A DNA stretch of 64,000 nucleotides from assembly GCA_039815185.1 (NCBI GenBank), contig JBCBZT010000011.1:96001-160000 (forward strand), written 5' to 3'. A program made the position numbers and the translations under genes. The notes beneath the pieces are model-generated. The model was given only the letters and a program-made list of their open reading frames with translations. It was not told where the DNA came from and made no database searches. This document shows positions 1 to 9,607 of the stretch, piece by piece (the stretch's first letter is position 1; every line of letters begins with the position of its first letter). This DNA is from Cyanobacteria bacterium P01_A01_bin.123. GTDB lineage: Bacteria > Cyanobacteriota > Cyanobacteriia > Phormidesmidales > Phormidesmidaceae.

Positions 1-281
1 CTTTTAACCTGGCTGGCCTGATTGACAAGGACAAAATCCTCCATATTCAAGAACACCACACGCCGCTGTATACGGTCGAGTCTTTCCACCATCGCGACCA
101 GGTGATTGAGACCAATGGCGAGAATAATACTTACCATGCGGGGGCCTATCTTGGGGATGGCTTGCATGAGGGGGCTGTGACCTCTGCTATGCGAGTGGCT
201 AAGTTGGTGGGCTCTCGGAATTCACCTGATTGGGCGCCATCCCTCTCGACCAGGGCCTTGATCAGATTCTCCATAGGCTAG
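1..281 (+). CDS. 3' end of FAD-dependent oxidoreductase (partial)
   Basis: Frame from nt 3 reads ...HHTPLYT...NTYHAGAYLGDGLHEGAVTSAMRVAKLVG...TAG(279-281); GxGxHExA(V)xSA C-terminal motif of amine-oxidase-like flavoproteins. Not in ORF track (no start in window). Confidence 0.7.
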   Translation, partial: FNLAGLIDKDKILHIQEHHTPLYTVESFHHRDQVIETNGENNTYHAGAYLGDGLHEGAVTSAMRVAKLVGSRNSPDWAPSLSTRALIRFSIG

Positions 282-419
282 CCCATTGGCTTCTGCATAG
301 CGCTGCATAAATCGCAGGCATCGTTCCCAATGATCGTTTCCCTGTCGGGGTACAAGGCTCTCATCTTTTGGGCTGATGATACGCTGCTGACCAGAGTTGT
401 TTTTGCTAGCTTAACCCTT

Positions 420-989
420 ATGGCGTCTTCTTCCTGGCAAACTCAGAATCGCTTTTTAGAAATGCGAACCCAATGGCTGACGCTCATTGGTGAGCACCTG
501 ATCGATAACCAGGGACAAACCTTAGAATACTGGCGGATCGAAAAGGCTGATTCGGTCATCATTTTGCCCATTCATCGTCAGCAGATCCTGCTGCCCCTAC
601 CTACCTATCGGCCCGGTTTGGGCGAAACAACGTGGGATTTTCCGGGTGGGCGTGTATCTCAGGGGCAAACGCCTAGCACCATGGTACCCATGATCTTGAA
701 ACGGGAAATGGGGATTGGGGAAGATGCGATCGCGCCAGCGCTGGCCGGTCAGCTCACATCCCTCAAACCGCTTGACTCAACTGGATGGGCTATCAATAGT
801 GCGTTCTCAAATCAGCGTCTCTACGGCTTTGCTGTCGATCTCAATCCAGCCTTAGAGCTTGATTCAGCGCTCATAGGCAATAGGCTCCCGGCTACTCAGT
901 CGGGCATTCAAGACTTGCTCAGTCTCCTCACCTGCTTGCAATGTCGCGCCGTTTTACTACAGTGGTGGCTGGCCCAAAATATGGCATGA
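420..989 (+). CDS. NUDIX-fold hydrolase (degenerate Nudix box)
   Basis: YRPGLGETTWDFPGG..LKREMGI resembles ADP-ribose pyrophosphatase-type NUDIX; ATG 420 preferred over 330. Confidence 0.7.
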   Translation: MASSSWQTQNRFLEMRTQWLTLIGEHLIDNQGQTLEYWRIEKADSVIILPIHRQQILLPLPTYRPGLGETTWDFPGGRVSQGQTPSTMVPMILKREMGIGEDAIAPALAGQLTSLKPLDSTGWAINSAFSNQRLYGFAVDLNPALELDSALIGNRLPATQSGIQDLLSLLTCLQCRAVLLQWWLAQNMA

Positions 990-1079
990 GGTCAGCATAT
1001 TTGCGATGGTCGTTCACGGGTTTGCTCAATCCGTGACATCATGACCTATTGAATTTGAATGTGGTGGAGAGCGCACACG

Positions 1080-1733
1080 ATGGAGATTGGACAGCTACGG
1101 AAGGAATATGGTCGTCTAGAACTGCATCGAAAGCAACTACCGAATCACCCATTGCCCCTCTTTGAACAGTGGTTTAAGGAGGCCTGCGATCAGGCAGATC
1201 TACCTGAGCCCAATGCCATGACGTTGGCAACCATCTCTCCAGAGGGCATCCCCGCTCAACGCACTGTACTACTCAAATATTTTGACCTGAATGGGTTTGT
1301 GTTTTTTAGCAACTACGAAAGTCGCAAAGCTAAGCATATTGAACAAAATCCAGTGGCGTCGCTATTGTTCCTGTGGTTACCCCTTGAGCGTCAAGTAGAA
1401 ATTCAAGGTCGGGTTGAGCGGGTGCCAACGGCGGAGTCTTTAGCCTATTTCACGTCGCGGCCTCGGGGATCTCAACTAGGGGCGTGGTGTTCCCAGCAAA
1501 GCCAAGTGATCACTTCCCGTAAGCTGCTAGAGCTCAAGCTGGATGAAATGCGACGAAAGTTTGCCAACCGCCAAGTGCCGCTACCGAGCTTTTGGGGAGG
1601 TTATCGGATTGTGCCCCATCAGGTTGAGTTTTGGCAGGGGCGTCCAAATCGGTTGCACGATCGGTTTTTGTATGTGCGTGACCCCGACGCTTCTGGGGTT
1701 AACGATTGGCAGATTCAGCGGTTAGCCCCTTAA
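1080..1733 (+). CDS. pdxH: pyridoxamine 5'-phosphate oxidase
   Basis: EPNAMTLAT, RTVLLK, YFTSRPRGSQLGAW, EFWQGRPNRLHDR, RLAP C-terminus. Confidence 0.95.
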   Translation: MEIGQLRKEYGRLELHRKQLPNHPLPLFEQWFKEACDQADLPEPNAMTLATISPEGIPAQRTVLLKYFDLNGFVFFSNYESRKAKHIEQNPVASLLFLWLPLERQVEIQGRVERVPTAESLAYFTSRPRGSQLGAWCSQQSQVITSRKLLELKLDEMRRKFANRQVPLPSFWGGYRIVPHQVEFWQGRPNRLHDRFLYVRDPDASGVNDWQIQRLAP

Positions 1734-1766
1734 GCGCTTTTGATTCCGTCACGGCTTAGTGCCTCC

Positions 1767-1797
1767 TCATCACTTCCTCAAAGTTTATGTGTAGCGT
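1767..1797 (+). promoter_or_regulatory. island box + -10 (DUF4342 gene)
   Basis: TCATCACTTCCTCA (1767-1780), 11 nt, TAGCGT (1792-1797). Confidence 0.75.
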
Positions 1798-1828
1798 GTG
1801 GGGATAGACCTGTTTTGGACACTGTGCC

Positions 1829-2233
1829 ATGGATATCGATCTTGAAAACACGGCCACGCCTTCAGGCGAACCTCCAGATGAAACCAATGCCGCGATCGCC
1901 CCGACTGAGGCCGAGACCAACGATCAGGAAAAGGTCACCGTAGAAGAATTTAAAGTCTCGGGCGATGCCTTGGTCGCCAAAATCAAGGAGCTGATTCACC
2001 AGGGTAATATTCGTCGCATCATTATCAAAAATCAAAACGGCCATACTCTGATCGAGATTCCGATGACCGTCGGGGTGATTGGCGGTGCCATCGGAGCAGT
2101 CATTTTTCCCGTTGTTGCTGCTGTTGCCGTCATTGGTGCGATGGTCACCCATCTGACCGTTGTGATTGAGCGTCAGGCGTCAAGCCAGTCGAGTGACTCA
2201 GAAGACTATCATGATTCAGAACAAGAAGCATAG
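1829..2233 (+). CDS. DUF4342-like protein
   Basis: EEFKVSGDALVAKIKELIHQGNIRRIIIK..LIEIPMTVG plus hydrophobic segment, typical of DUF4342. Confidence 0.8.
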   Translation: MDIDLENTATPSGEPPDETNAAIAPTEAETNDQEKVTVEEFKVSGDALVAKIKELIHQGNIRRIIIKNQNGHTLIEIPMTVGVIGGAIGAVIFPVVAAVAVIGAMVTHLTVVIERQASSQSSDSEDYHDSEQEA

Positions 2234-2310
2234 AAAATCAGTCTTAGGCTTGATTGAGCCAAACTCACGATGGCTGTTGATCAAAGCGGGCATTTTTTGG
2301 ACACTGCAGT

Positions 2311-2634
2311 ATGGGTCATAAATCTACGGAAACGAATCCAAAAGTTCAGGCAACAGGCACCATCTGGGGTTGTGCTATTGGCATGTTAGGGGTGTGTATT
2401 CCCTTGGTTGCGATTACCAACAGTGGTTTGATACTGCCCCTTCTGGTGATTCTTAGTGCAGTCGGTGGGACAGTTGCAGTATGGCTTGCCCCTGACAAGC
2501 GTCAGCGAGGGGAGGCTCATTTAGCTCAGACTATAAAGGTGTTGGAGGCACGGGTGATGAATCTAGAGACGATTTATGTCAGCCTTCCCGAGGCTGACAA
2601 ACCCCTGCCACTCCCAGAAATAGACAAGCATTGA
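2311..2634 (+). CDS. small two-TM membrane protein
   Basis: Two hydrophobic helices then LEARVMNLETI coiled coil. Confidence 0.7.
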   Translation: MGHKSTETNPKVQATGTIWGCAIGMLGVCIPLVAITNSGLILPLLVILSAVGGTVAVWLAPDKRQRGEAHLAQTIKVLEARVMNLETIYVSLPEADKPLPLPEIDKH

Positions 2635-2688
2635 GCCCCTGATGCCGACCCCACTTCCCTGATGTCTTCATTTTTCTAGGCGGAACTG

Positions 2689-2850
2689 ATGTGCTCAATC
2701 TTCTCTCAAGTTTTGGATGGACAAGTTATTGTCGGACGTAATTTCGATTGGATACAGCTAGGGGTAACGTTTGATATTTTCGCTTTCAAAAGTGAATTAA
2801 GTAAAGTGAATTTCATGATGGAATATCCTAAACAAACCAGGAGTTGCTAA
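2689..2850 (+). pseudogene. N-terminal fragment of choloylglycine hydrolase / Ntn-hydrolase family
   Basis: MCSIFSQVLDGQVIVGRNFDW: Cys2 nucleophile and GRNFDW motif; sequence drifts after about 25 codons and stops at 2850. Confidence 0.55.
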
Positions 2851-3033
2851 TATATAAATGAGGATGTAGTTGATCCTCTTTCGACATAGCAAAGATGTGG
2901 CGACGCCTAGCAAGGCAAGGCCAAACAAGGATCTAGAAAGAGACTTCTATGCGAGGGAAACCGTGAGCACTACATGCTCGTGAGTTCAATATGAAAGGTT
3001 CAGGAGAGAACCATTGGAAAACTCAATAGAGAG

Positions 3034-3076
3034 AATTTGACGGGTAATGTCGAGAGATGGCAGTGCCCGTCAAATT
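3034..3076. terminator. hairpin between convergent genes
   Basis: AATTTGACGGGTA...TGCCCGTCAAATT inverted repeat. Confidence 0.5.
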
Positions 3077-3148
3077 TTACTTTAAATTCTCTTATTTGAA
3101 ATATTTCAGAGGCCAGAAGATCTGAGACTACTAATGTAATTGAGTTGT

Positions 3149-3814
3149 TCAAACCAGGTGTTTTTGGAACCATCGATTGGCAAGCTGGGTGACTTGTGCC
3201 AGAGTGCCGGGTTCTTCGAACAGATGAGTTGCCTTTGGGACAATCTCCAGATGTTTTTCAGCAGGGATATATCGGTAAGCCTTCTGATTCAGGATGATGA
3301 CGGGCGCGTCATTGCCTCCCACAATTAACAGCGTAGGTGTTTTGAGGCGCGTTAGAACAGAACCAACCAGATCGGGGCGTCCACCCCGTGAAACAATCGC
3401 TTTGACCGCATCTGGGCGGGCCACTGCAGCCATTAGTGCAGCAGCGCTACCTGTACTGGCTCCAAAGTAGCCAATCTTAAGCTGGCGAGTGACGGGGTTT
3501 TGCAATAACCAGTCAGTTGCCCCAAGCAGTCGCGCTGCAAGCAAACCGATATCGAAGCGGAGGTGATGGGTTTGTCGATCAATGTTTTCTTCTTCGATTG
3601 TTAGCAGGTCAAATAACAGGGTTGCTAATCCAGCTTGTTGCAGGGTTTGAGCCACATAGCAGTTACGAGGGCTGCGCCGACTGCTGCCACTGCCGTGGGC
3701 AAACAAGACAATCCCCTGAGCACTAGCGGGTACCGCTAGATTGCCGATTAATCGCACTGAATCTGTTGGGATCGAAATTAAGGTGTTATGGTCCTGTTTC
3801 TGTATCGTATTCAT
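3149..3814 (-). CDS. dienelactone hydrolase-family alpha/beta hydrolase
   Basis: LFAHGSGSSRRSPRN, GYFGASTG, VSRGGRPDL, ATHLFEEPG. Confidence 0.9.
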   Translation of the reverse strand: MNTIQKQDHNTLISIPTDSVRLIGNLAVPASAQGIVLFAHGSGSSRRSPRNCYVAQTLQQAGLATLLFDLLTIEEENIDRQTHHLRFDIGLLAARLLGATDWLLQNPVTRQLKIGYFGASTGSAAALMAAVARPDAVKAIVSRGGRPDLVGSVLTRLKTPTLLIVGGNDAPVIILNQKAYRYIPAEKHLEIVPKATHLFEEPGTLAQVTQLANRWFQKHLV

Positions 3815-3832
3815 GGGGTTGACCTCCTGAAT

Positions 3833-4516
3833 TCAGCCAATAGCGTTTGGCATGGTGGGGATGAAGCTGATGTTGTGATGCTGTTGAGCCAACAGTTTAC
3901 GAACTTCTTCATCTGTGGTTTGGTCGAAGTACTCGTACCAAAGACTGATGGCATAAAAGGGAGTTGGGGTAGCTAGACAAGTCATTTGATCGACTTCAGC
4001 TTTTAAGGTTTGGTAAGTGTCTATCGGCGCAACGGGGGTGGCAACAATAAGCTGTCGGGGGCGCTGTGATTTCAGAACGGCGATCGCGGCCTGCATTGTT
4101 GCGCCTGTTGCAATGCCATCATCAACCAGAATGACAATTTGATCGCGAATTTCTGGCTGGGGCCGATTGCCCCGATAGGCACGATCTCGTCGTTGCAGTT
4201 CTCGCAGTTCTCGGGCAGTAACCCGTTCAAGGGTCTGATCAGAAATGCTGAGTGAGCTGAGGATGTCGTCGTTAAGTATCCGAACGCCGCCAAAGGCGAT
4301 CGCCCCCATAGCTAACTCCCTATGATCAGGAACTCCCAGCTTTCGCACCAGACAAATATCGAGGGGCAAATTTAAAGCATGAGCCACCTCATAGGCCACA
4401 GGTACACCGCCTCGGGGCAACCCCAATACCAGCACATCAGTGCGACTGGCATAGGCTTTGAGCTGGTTTGCTAGTAGCTGTCCTGCTTCAATGCGATTGT
4501 AAAATCTAGTGCCCAT
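3833..4516 (-). CDS. phosphoribosyltransferase-domain protein
   Basis: LGLPRGGVPVA, VRKLGVP, ILVDDGIATG PRPP-binding loop; ATG 4516 with AAGGTGAGG RBS. Confidence 0.9.
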   Translation of the reverse strand: MGTRFYNRIEAGQLLANQLKAYASRTDVLVLGLPRGGVPVAYEVAHALNLPLDICLVRKLGVPDHRELAMGAIAFGGVRILNDDILSSLSISDQTLERVTARELRELQRRDRAYRGNRPQPEIRDQIVILVDDGIATGATMQAAIAVLKSQRPRQLIVATPVAPIDTYQTLKAEVDQMTCLATPTPFYAISLWYEYFDQTTDEEVRKLLAQQHHNISFIPTMPNAIG

Positions 4517-4586
4517 AATCCTCACCTTTTTATCTTGCTCATCTTGTCGCTCGAATGGCAAAAGATTTGAGCTTCATCCTGACTTC

Positions 4587-4617
4587 AGGCTAGAGAAATA
4601 ATCTGAGGACTTTATGA
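4587..4617 (-). promoter_or_regulatory. island box + -10 (PRTase-DLH operon)
   Basis: Minus strand TCATAAAGTCCTCA (4617-4604), 11 nt, TAGCCT (4592-4587). Confidence 0.8.
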
Positions 4618-4654
4618 GGGCATCATCCATTGCAGCCCCTTATCAGAGGCGGCT

Positions 4655-4668
4655 TCATAAGTTCCTTA
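4655..4668 (+). promoter_or_regulatory. auxiliary island box (no -10)
   Basis: TCATAAGTTCCTTA between the two divergent promoters; overlaps palindrome TTCCTTAAGGAA. Confidence 0.5.
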
Positions 4669-4731
4669 AGGAAGTTTGGCGGGCCGATTAAACCATTTTT
4701 GTAGCGTTTTGGGTGTATCTGGCCAACGTCT

Positions 4732-4762
4732 TCATAACTTCCTCAAACTCTCTCTCTAAGCT
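4732..4762 (+). promoter_or_regulatory. island box + -10 (nifJ operon)
   Basis: TCATAACTTCCTCA (4732-4745), 11 nt, TAAGCT (4757-4762). Confidence 0.85.
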
Positions 4763-4802
4763 GAAATTCAAAGGTTAGCGAAAGCCGCTCGAGGATTCAG
4801 CT

Positions 4803-7800
4803 ATGACAACCGCTATCTCGCGCCAGTCCACCTTCGCCACCCTAGACGGCAATGAAGCAGTGGCTCGGATCGCCTATGCTCTGAACGAAGTTATCGCCAT
4901 TTATCCCATAACACCTGCCTCGCCAATGGGGGAATGGGCTGATGCCTGGGCCGCAGGCGGTCAGCCTAATCTATGGGGAACTGTTCCCTCTATTGCGGAG
5001 ATGCAGAGCGAAGGGGGGGTAGCTGGGGTTGTTCACGGAGCACTGCAAACCGGATCGCTCACCACCACGTTTACCGCTTCCCAAGGGTTGCTATTGATGC
5101 TACCCAACCTGCATAAGATTGCGGGCGAGCTGACCCCTTGTGTGATTCATGTGGCGGCCCGATCAGTCGCAGCTCAGGCATTGTCTATCTTTGGTGACCA
5201 TAGTGACGTGATGGCGGCACGGGGCACGGGCTTTGGGTTGCTCTGTTCGGCCTCGGTGCAAGAGGCTCAGGACATGGCCGCGATCGCGACTGCAACTTCC
5301 CTTGCCAGTCGTGTCCCTTTCATCCACTTTTTCGATGGGTTCCGGACTTCCCACGAAATTCAAAAAATTAAGCTGCTTGCTGAAGATGATTTACGAGTCA
5401 TGATCGACGATAAGCTGATCGTGCAGCATCGTCAGCGTGCCCTCAGCCCCGACCACCCCGTTATTCGAGGCACTGCCCAGAACCCAGATGTATTCTTCCA
5501 GGCACGGGAAGCGGTGAATCTCTACTATGATCACTGCACCGATGTTGTCGCAAAGGTCATGGATACCTTTGCCCAACTCACCGGACGACAATATCGACCC
5601 TTTGAGTACTACGGCAGCCCGGGTGCAGAGCGCGTGATTGTGCTGATGGGCTCTGGGTGTGAAACGGTTCAAGCCACAGTGGATGCCCTCAACGAGCAGG
5701 GGGAAAATGTCGGCATGGTCAAGGTGCGTCTCTACCGCCCCTTTGACGCCGAGTGGTTGGCCACCGTACTGCCCAAAACCGTTAAAGCGCTCAGCGTGCT
5801 GGATCGCACTAAAGAACCGGGGAGTGCCGGGGAACCCCTGTACTTAGATGTGCTCACTGCGCTACTAGAACAGCGATTTACCACCCCAGACAATGCCTTT
5901 CCGGTAGTGGTCGGGGGCCGCTACGGATTGTCATCTAAAGAATTTACCCCAGCCATGGTCGTGGCTGTCTTCGATAATCTATTGCTCGACGGCTTCCAGG
6001 ACAACTGCCCGGAACCGAAGAACCACTTCACTATTGGCATTGATGACGATGTCACCCACACGAGTCTTCGCTACGACTCCGCTTTTTCCATTGAACCTGA
6101 GCAAACGATCCGGGCTATCTTTTACGGTTTAGGGTCAGACGGTACGGTTGGCGCCAATAAGAACACGATCAAAATCATTGGCGAAACCACCGACCACTAT
6201 GCCCAGGGCTACTTTGTCTATGACTCAAAGAAATCTGGCTCCGTGACCACCTCGCACCTGCGATTTGGTCCCGAACTCATCCATGCGCCCTATCTGGTCA
6301 ATCGAGCAAACTTCGTCGCTTGCCACCAATGGATGCTGCTAGACCAGCTTGACATTCTAGATCCAGCGATCGCGGGAGCTACATTTTTACTCAATTCCCC
6401 CTATACCCCTGAGGAAACCTGGCATCAACTGCCCATAAGGACTCAGGCCCAGATTATCCAGAAGCAACTTCAGGTCTATGCGATCAATGCCTACCAAGTC
6501 GCCCGCGAAGTCGGCATGGGCGGAAGGATCAACACAGTGATGCAAACCTGTTTCTTTGCCTTGTCAAAGATCTTGCCGGAGACAGAGGCGATCGCAGCCA
6601 TTAAGCATTCCATTCGCAAAACCTATGCCAAGAAAGGAGAGGCGATTGTTGCCATGAACCTGCAGGCTGTGGATCAGACCTTGCAGCACTTGTACGAAGT
6701 CTCTATGCCTCAAGCAGCTGCGGACATGACGATTCCGTCCCTTAAGTCCCCGGTGCCTGAAACTGCGCCAACCTTTGTGCAAACCGTATTGGGCCAAATG
6801 ATGCAACGTCAAGGGGACGCCATTCCCGTCAGTGCTCTACCCTGCGATGGGACTTACCCAACCGATACTGCCCAGTGGGAGAAGCGCAACATTGCCCAGG
6901 CGATTCCAGTGTGGGACTCAGATGTGTGTGTACAGTGCGGCAAGTGTGTCATGGTCTGCCCCCACGGGGTAATTCGCAGCAAAGTCTATGACCCCAAGCA
7001 GTTAAAAGATGCGCCTTCCAGCTTCAAACACACCACCGCCCGCGAATGGGTTGGTCAGGCATTCACGATTCAGGTGGCGGCAGAAGACTGCACGGGCTGC
7101 GGTATTTGCGTAGATGTGTGCCCCGCTAAAAACAAAGCCATTCCTCGATTGAAGGCAATCAACATGACCCCGGTCTACCAAACCGCCTCGGCCTCTAAGA
7201 GGTCAGCCTCTAAGACCTCAGCCTCTGAGACAGACCTTTCTGTTCAGAGGAATGGAACCCACCCGCTTCTCGATTTACGACAGCAAGAGAAACCCAACTG
7301 GGACTTCTTTTTACAGCTGCCTAACCCCGACCGACAACAGCTCAATCTGCACAAAATTAGCCAGCAGCAGATGCAAGAACCGCTGTTTGAATTTTCGGGG
7401 GCTTGTGCCGGGTGTGGTGAAACCCCCTATTTGAAGTTGCTGACTCAGCTCTTTGGCGATCGCCTACTCGTGGCCAACGCCACTGGCTGCTCCTCGATCT
7501 ATGGTGGCAACCTACCCACCACCCCCTGGAGCCAAAACGCCGAGGGACGTGGCCCTGCCTGGTCGAACTCGTTGTTTGAAGACAATGCTGAGTTTGGCCT
7601 GGGGTTCCGGGTGTCGATCGACAAGCAGGCAGACTATGCGGCTGAGCTGCTAAAGCAGATTGCTGACGCAGAAGAAGGACAGTCTGCATTGCCCACCCTA
7701 GCGCGGCAAATTCTCCAAGCACAGCAGTTAGACGAATCCGACATTGTTGAACAGCGGCAGCGGGTCACCCAACTCAAAGCCATGCTGACAGAACTGATTC

Positions 7801-8537
7801 GCTGTGGGGTTTCTGAGTTATTGACTGCCCAGATTCGACGGCTCTTGTCTCTAGCCGACTACCTTGTGAAAAAGAGTGTCTGGATTGTCGGGGGTGACGG
7901 TTGGGCCTATGACATTGGTTATGGCGGATTAGATCACGTCCTGGCAAGCGATCGCAACGTCAACATCCTCGTCCTCGACACCGAAGTCTACTCCAACACA
8001 GGGGGTCAACAATCCAAAGCCACCCCTAAAGGAGCTGTCGCCAAGTTCGCCGCCGCTGGCAAAACTACTAGTAAAAAAGACCTGGGTCTGATGGCCATGA
8101 CCTACGGCAGCGCCTACGTTGCCAGCGTCGCCATGGGTGCCCGCGACGAACACACCCTCAAAGCCTTTCTAGAAGCCGAATCTTACAACGGCCCTTCTCT
8201 AATCATCGCCTACGCCCACTGCATTGCCCACGGCATCAACATGGCCACGGCCATGCACCATCAAAAAGCGATCGTCGAGTCAGGCCGCTGGCTACTCTAC
8301 CGCTACGATCCTCGTCGCCGCGCCACTAGCCAAAATCCCTTGGTAGTCGATAGCCGTGCCCCCAACTTGCCTGTGGAGCAATCCATGTATGCCGAAAACC
8401 GGTTCAAGATGCTGACTCACAGCCATCCTCAAACTGCGAAAAAACTGCTTCAGCAAGTTCAACAAGACGTACAGACTCGGTGGCAGCTTTATCAGTCGCT
8501 AGCGGATCTGAATAGTGGGAAAGCGCAGAGGGAGTGA
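4803..8537 (+). CDS. nifJ: pyruvate:ferredoxin/flavodoxin oxidoreductase
   Basis: DGNEAVA, YPITP, two CxxCxxCxxxCP ferredoxin motifs, GACAGCGE, GGDGWAYDIG TPP motif; 1244 aa. Confidence 0.97.
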   Translation: MTTAISRQSTFATLDGNEAVARIAYALNEVIAIYPITPASPMGEWADAWAAGGQPNLWGTVPSIAEMQSEGGVAGVVHGALQTGSLTTTFTASQGLLLMLPNLHKIAGELTPCVIHVAARSVAAQALSIFGDHSDVMAARGTGFGLLCSASVQEAQDMAAIATATSLASRVPFIHFFDGFRTSHEIQKIKLLAEDDLRVMIDDKLIVQHRQRALSPDHPVIRGTAQNPDVFFQAREAVNLYYDHCTDVVAKVMDTFAQLTGRQYRPFEYYGSPGAERVIVLMGSGCETVQATVDALNEQGENVGMVKVRLYRPFDAEWLATVLPKTVKALSVLDRTKEPGSAGEPLYLDVLTALLEQRFTTPDNAFPVVVGGRYGLSSKEFTPAMVVAVFDNLLLDGFQDNCPEPKNHFTIGIDDDVTHTSLRYDSAFSIEPEQTIRAIFYGLGSDGTVGANKNTIKIIGETTDHYAQGYFVYDSKKSGSVTTSHLRFGPELIHAPYLVNRANFVACHQWMLLDQLDILDPAIAGATFLLNSPYTPEETWHQLPIRTQAQIIQKQLQVYAINAYQVAREVGMGGRINTVMQTCFFALSKILPETEAIAAIKHSIRKTYAKKGEAIVAMNLQAVDQTLQHLYEVSMPQAAADMTIPSLKSPVPETAPTFVQTVLGQMMQRQGDAIPVSALPCDGTYPTDTAQWEKRNIAQAIPVWDSDVCVQCGKCVMVCPHGVIRSKVYDPKQLKDAPSSFKHTTAREWVGQAFTIQVAAEDCTGCGICVDVCPAKNKAIPRLKAINMTPVYQTASASKRSASKTSASETDLSVQRNGTHPLLDLRQQEKPNWDFFLQLPNPDRQQLNLHKISQQQMQEPLFEFSGACAGCGETPYLKLLTQLFGDRLLVANATGCSSIYGGNLPTTPWSQNAEGRGPAWSNSLFEDNAEFGLGFRVSIDKQADYAAELLKQIADAEEGQSALPTLARQILQAQQLDESDIVEQRQRVTQLKAMLTELIRCGVSELLTAQIRRLLSLADYLVKKSVWIVGGDGWAYDIGYGGLDHVLASDRNVNILVLDTEVYSNTGGQQSKATPKGAVAKFAAAGKTTSKKDLGLMAMTYGSAYVASVAMGARDEHTLKAFLEAESYNGPSLIIAYAHCIAHGINMATAMHHQKAIVESGRWLLYRYDPRRRATSQNPLVVDSRAPNLPVEQSMYAENRFKMLTHSHPQTAKKLLQQVQQDVQTRWQLYQSLADLNSGKAQRE

Positions 8538-8608
8538 TGGGGAGGAGTGTTGCATTGGTTCTGCCTTTTACCTGCTGTCCTGACAAAACCCATTGAGGAA
8601 TTCAACCC

Positions 8609-9529
8609 ATGAAATTGAATCTGCTGAAATGGAAATCCTTTAGATGGTGGGTAATTGCCCTCCTTGCGCTGCTCTGGGCACTTTGGGTCAGCGGCAGCTA
8701 CCTGCCCGCATTGGCCAGCCCCGCCGACCAAGACAGCTTTATAGTCGGTGGCGATCTCGTTATTACCGAAGGTCAGACGGTCAACGATGCCTTTGCCGTT
8801 GGCGGCAACCTCACCATTCAGGCAAACGCCTCTGTTCAGGGCGATGCCTTTGCCATTGGCGGCAATGTCCAACTGGAAGAAAACGCTCAAGTGGAAAGCG
8901 ATGTTTTCGCCATTGGTGGCCGAGTGATTCGAGCCGAAAGCGCTGTGGTAAACGGCAGCGAATTTACCGTGCTAGAAAGATTCAGTGGTCTATTTGAACG
9001 CTTTGGTGTACTTGGCACTCTCTACCTGGCCAATGTAGTGTTCTGGTTGATGAGTTTTGTGGTAGCTGCGATCGCCGGGTGTCTGCTGCTATTGCTACTA
9101 CCTAGACAGATTAATACGATTACAACCGCTATCCACGTCCACCCCTTGGCTAGCCTGCTCTATGGCATCGGTGGCGTCGCAGCCCTAACCGTGCTGACTG
9201 TCCTCACTTCGGGTAGCGTCCTAGGTGCTATTCTTTTGCCTTTGATCAATCTGGTTGCCCTGCTGACCGGCATCGTGGGTGGCACTGCTATCTGCGTTTG
9301 GCTAGGCAAACAGCCCCAGCGACAAAAGCCTAAGGCCCACTTCCAGCACTTTGGGTTGGGCCTAATGGTGTTGTTCGTCATCAGCTTGATTCCCTTGGTT
9401 GGGGGGCTGCTGGTGAGCTTTGTTTATCTGTTTGGCTTCGGGGCTACGCTGCTGGCCCGCTATGGAACCCAGCCTATCACTGACCGTCCCCCTGCGGCCC
9501 TGGATCGGCTAGATCATCAAACTGAATAG
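8609..9529 (+). CDS. membrane protein with N-terminal beta-helix (bactofilin-like) repeats
   Basis: Signal-like N-terminus, repeats DAFA(V/I)GGN(L/V), then several TM helices. Confidence 0.7.
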   Translation: MKLNLLKWKSFRWWVIALLALLWALWVSGSYLPALASPADQDSFIVGGDLVITEGQTVNDAFAVGGNLTIQANASVQGDAFAIGGNVQLEENAQVESDVFAIGGRVIRAESAVVNGSEFTVLERFSGLFERFGVLGTLYLANVVFWLMSFVVAAIAGCLLLLLLPRQINTITTAIHVHPLASLLYGIGGVAALTVLTVLTSGSVLGAILLPLINLVALLTGIVGGTAICVWLGKQPQRQKPKAHFQHFGLGLMVLFVISLIPLVGGLLVSFVYLFGFGATLLARYGTQPITDRPPAALDRLDHQTE

Positions 9530-9607
9530 AGCATATTCGAGATTTTGGCTGAATTTTAGAGTTTAGATTTTGGATTGTAGAAAGTTCCCCCACTCCCCCA
9601 CTTCCCT

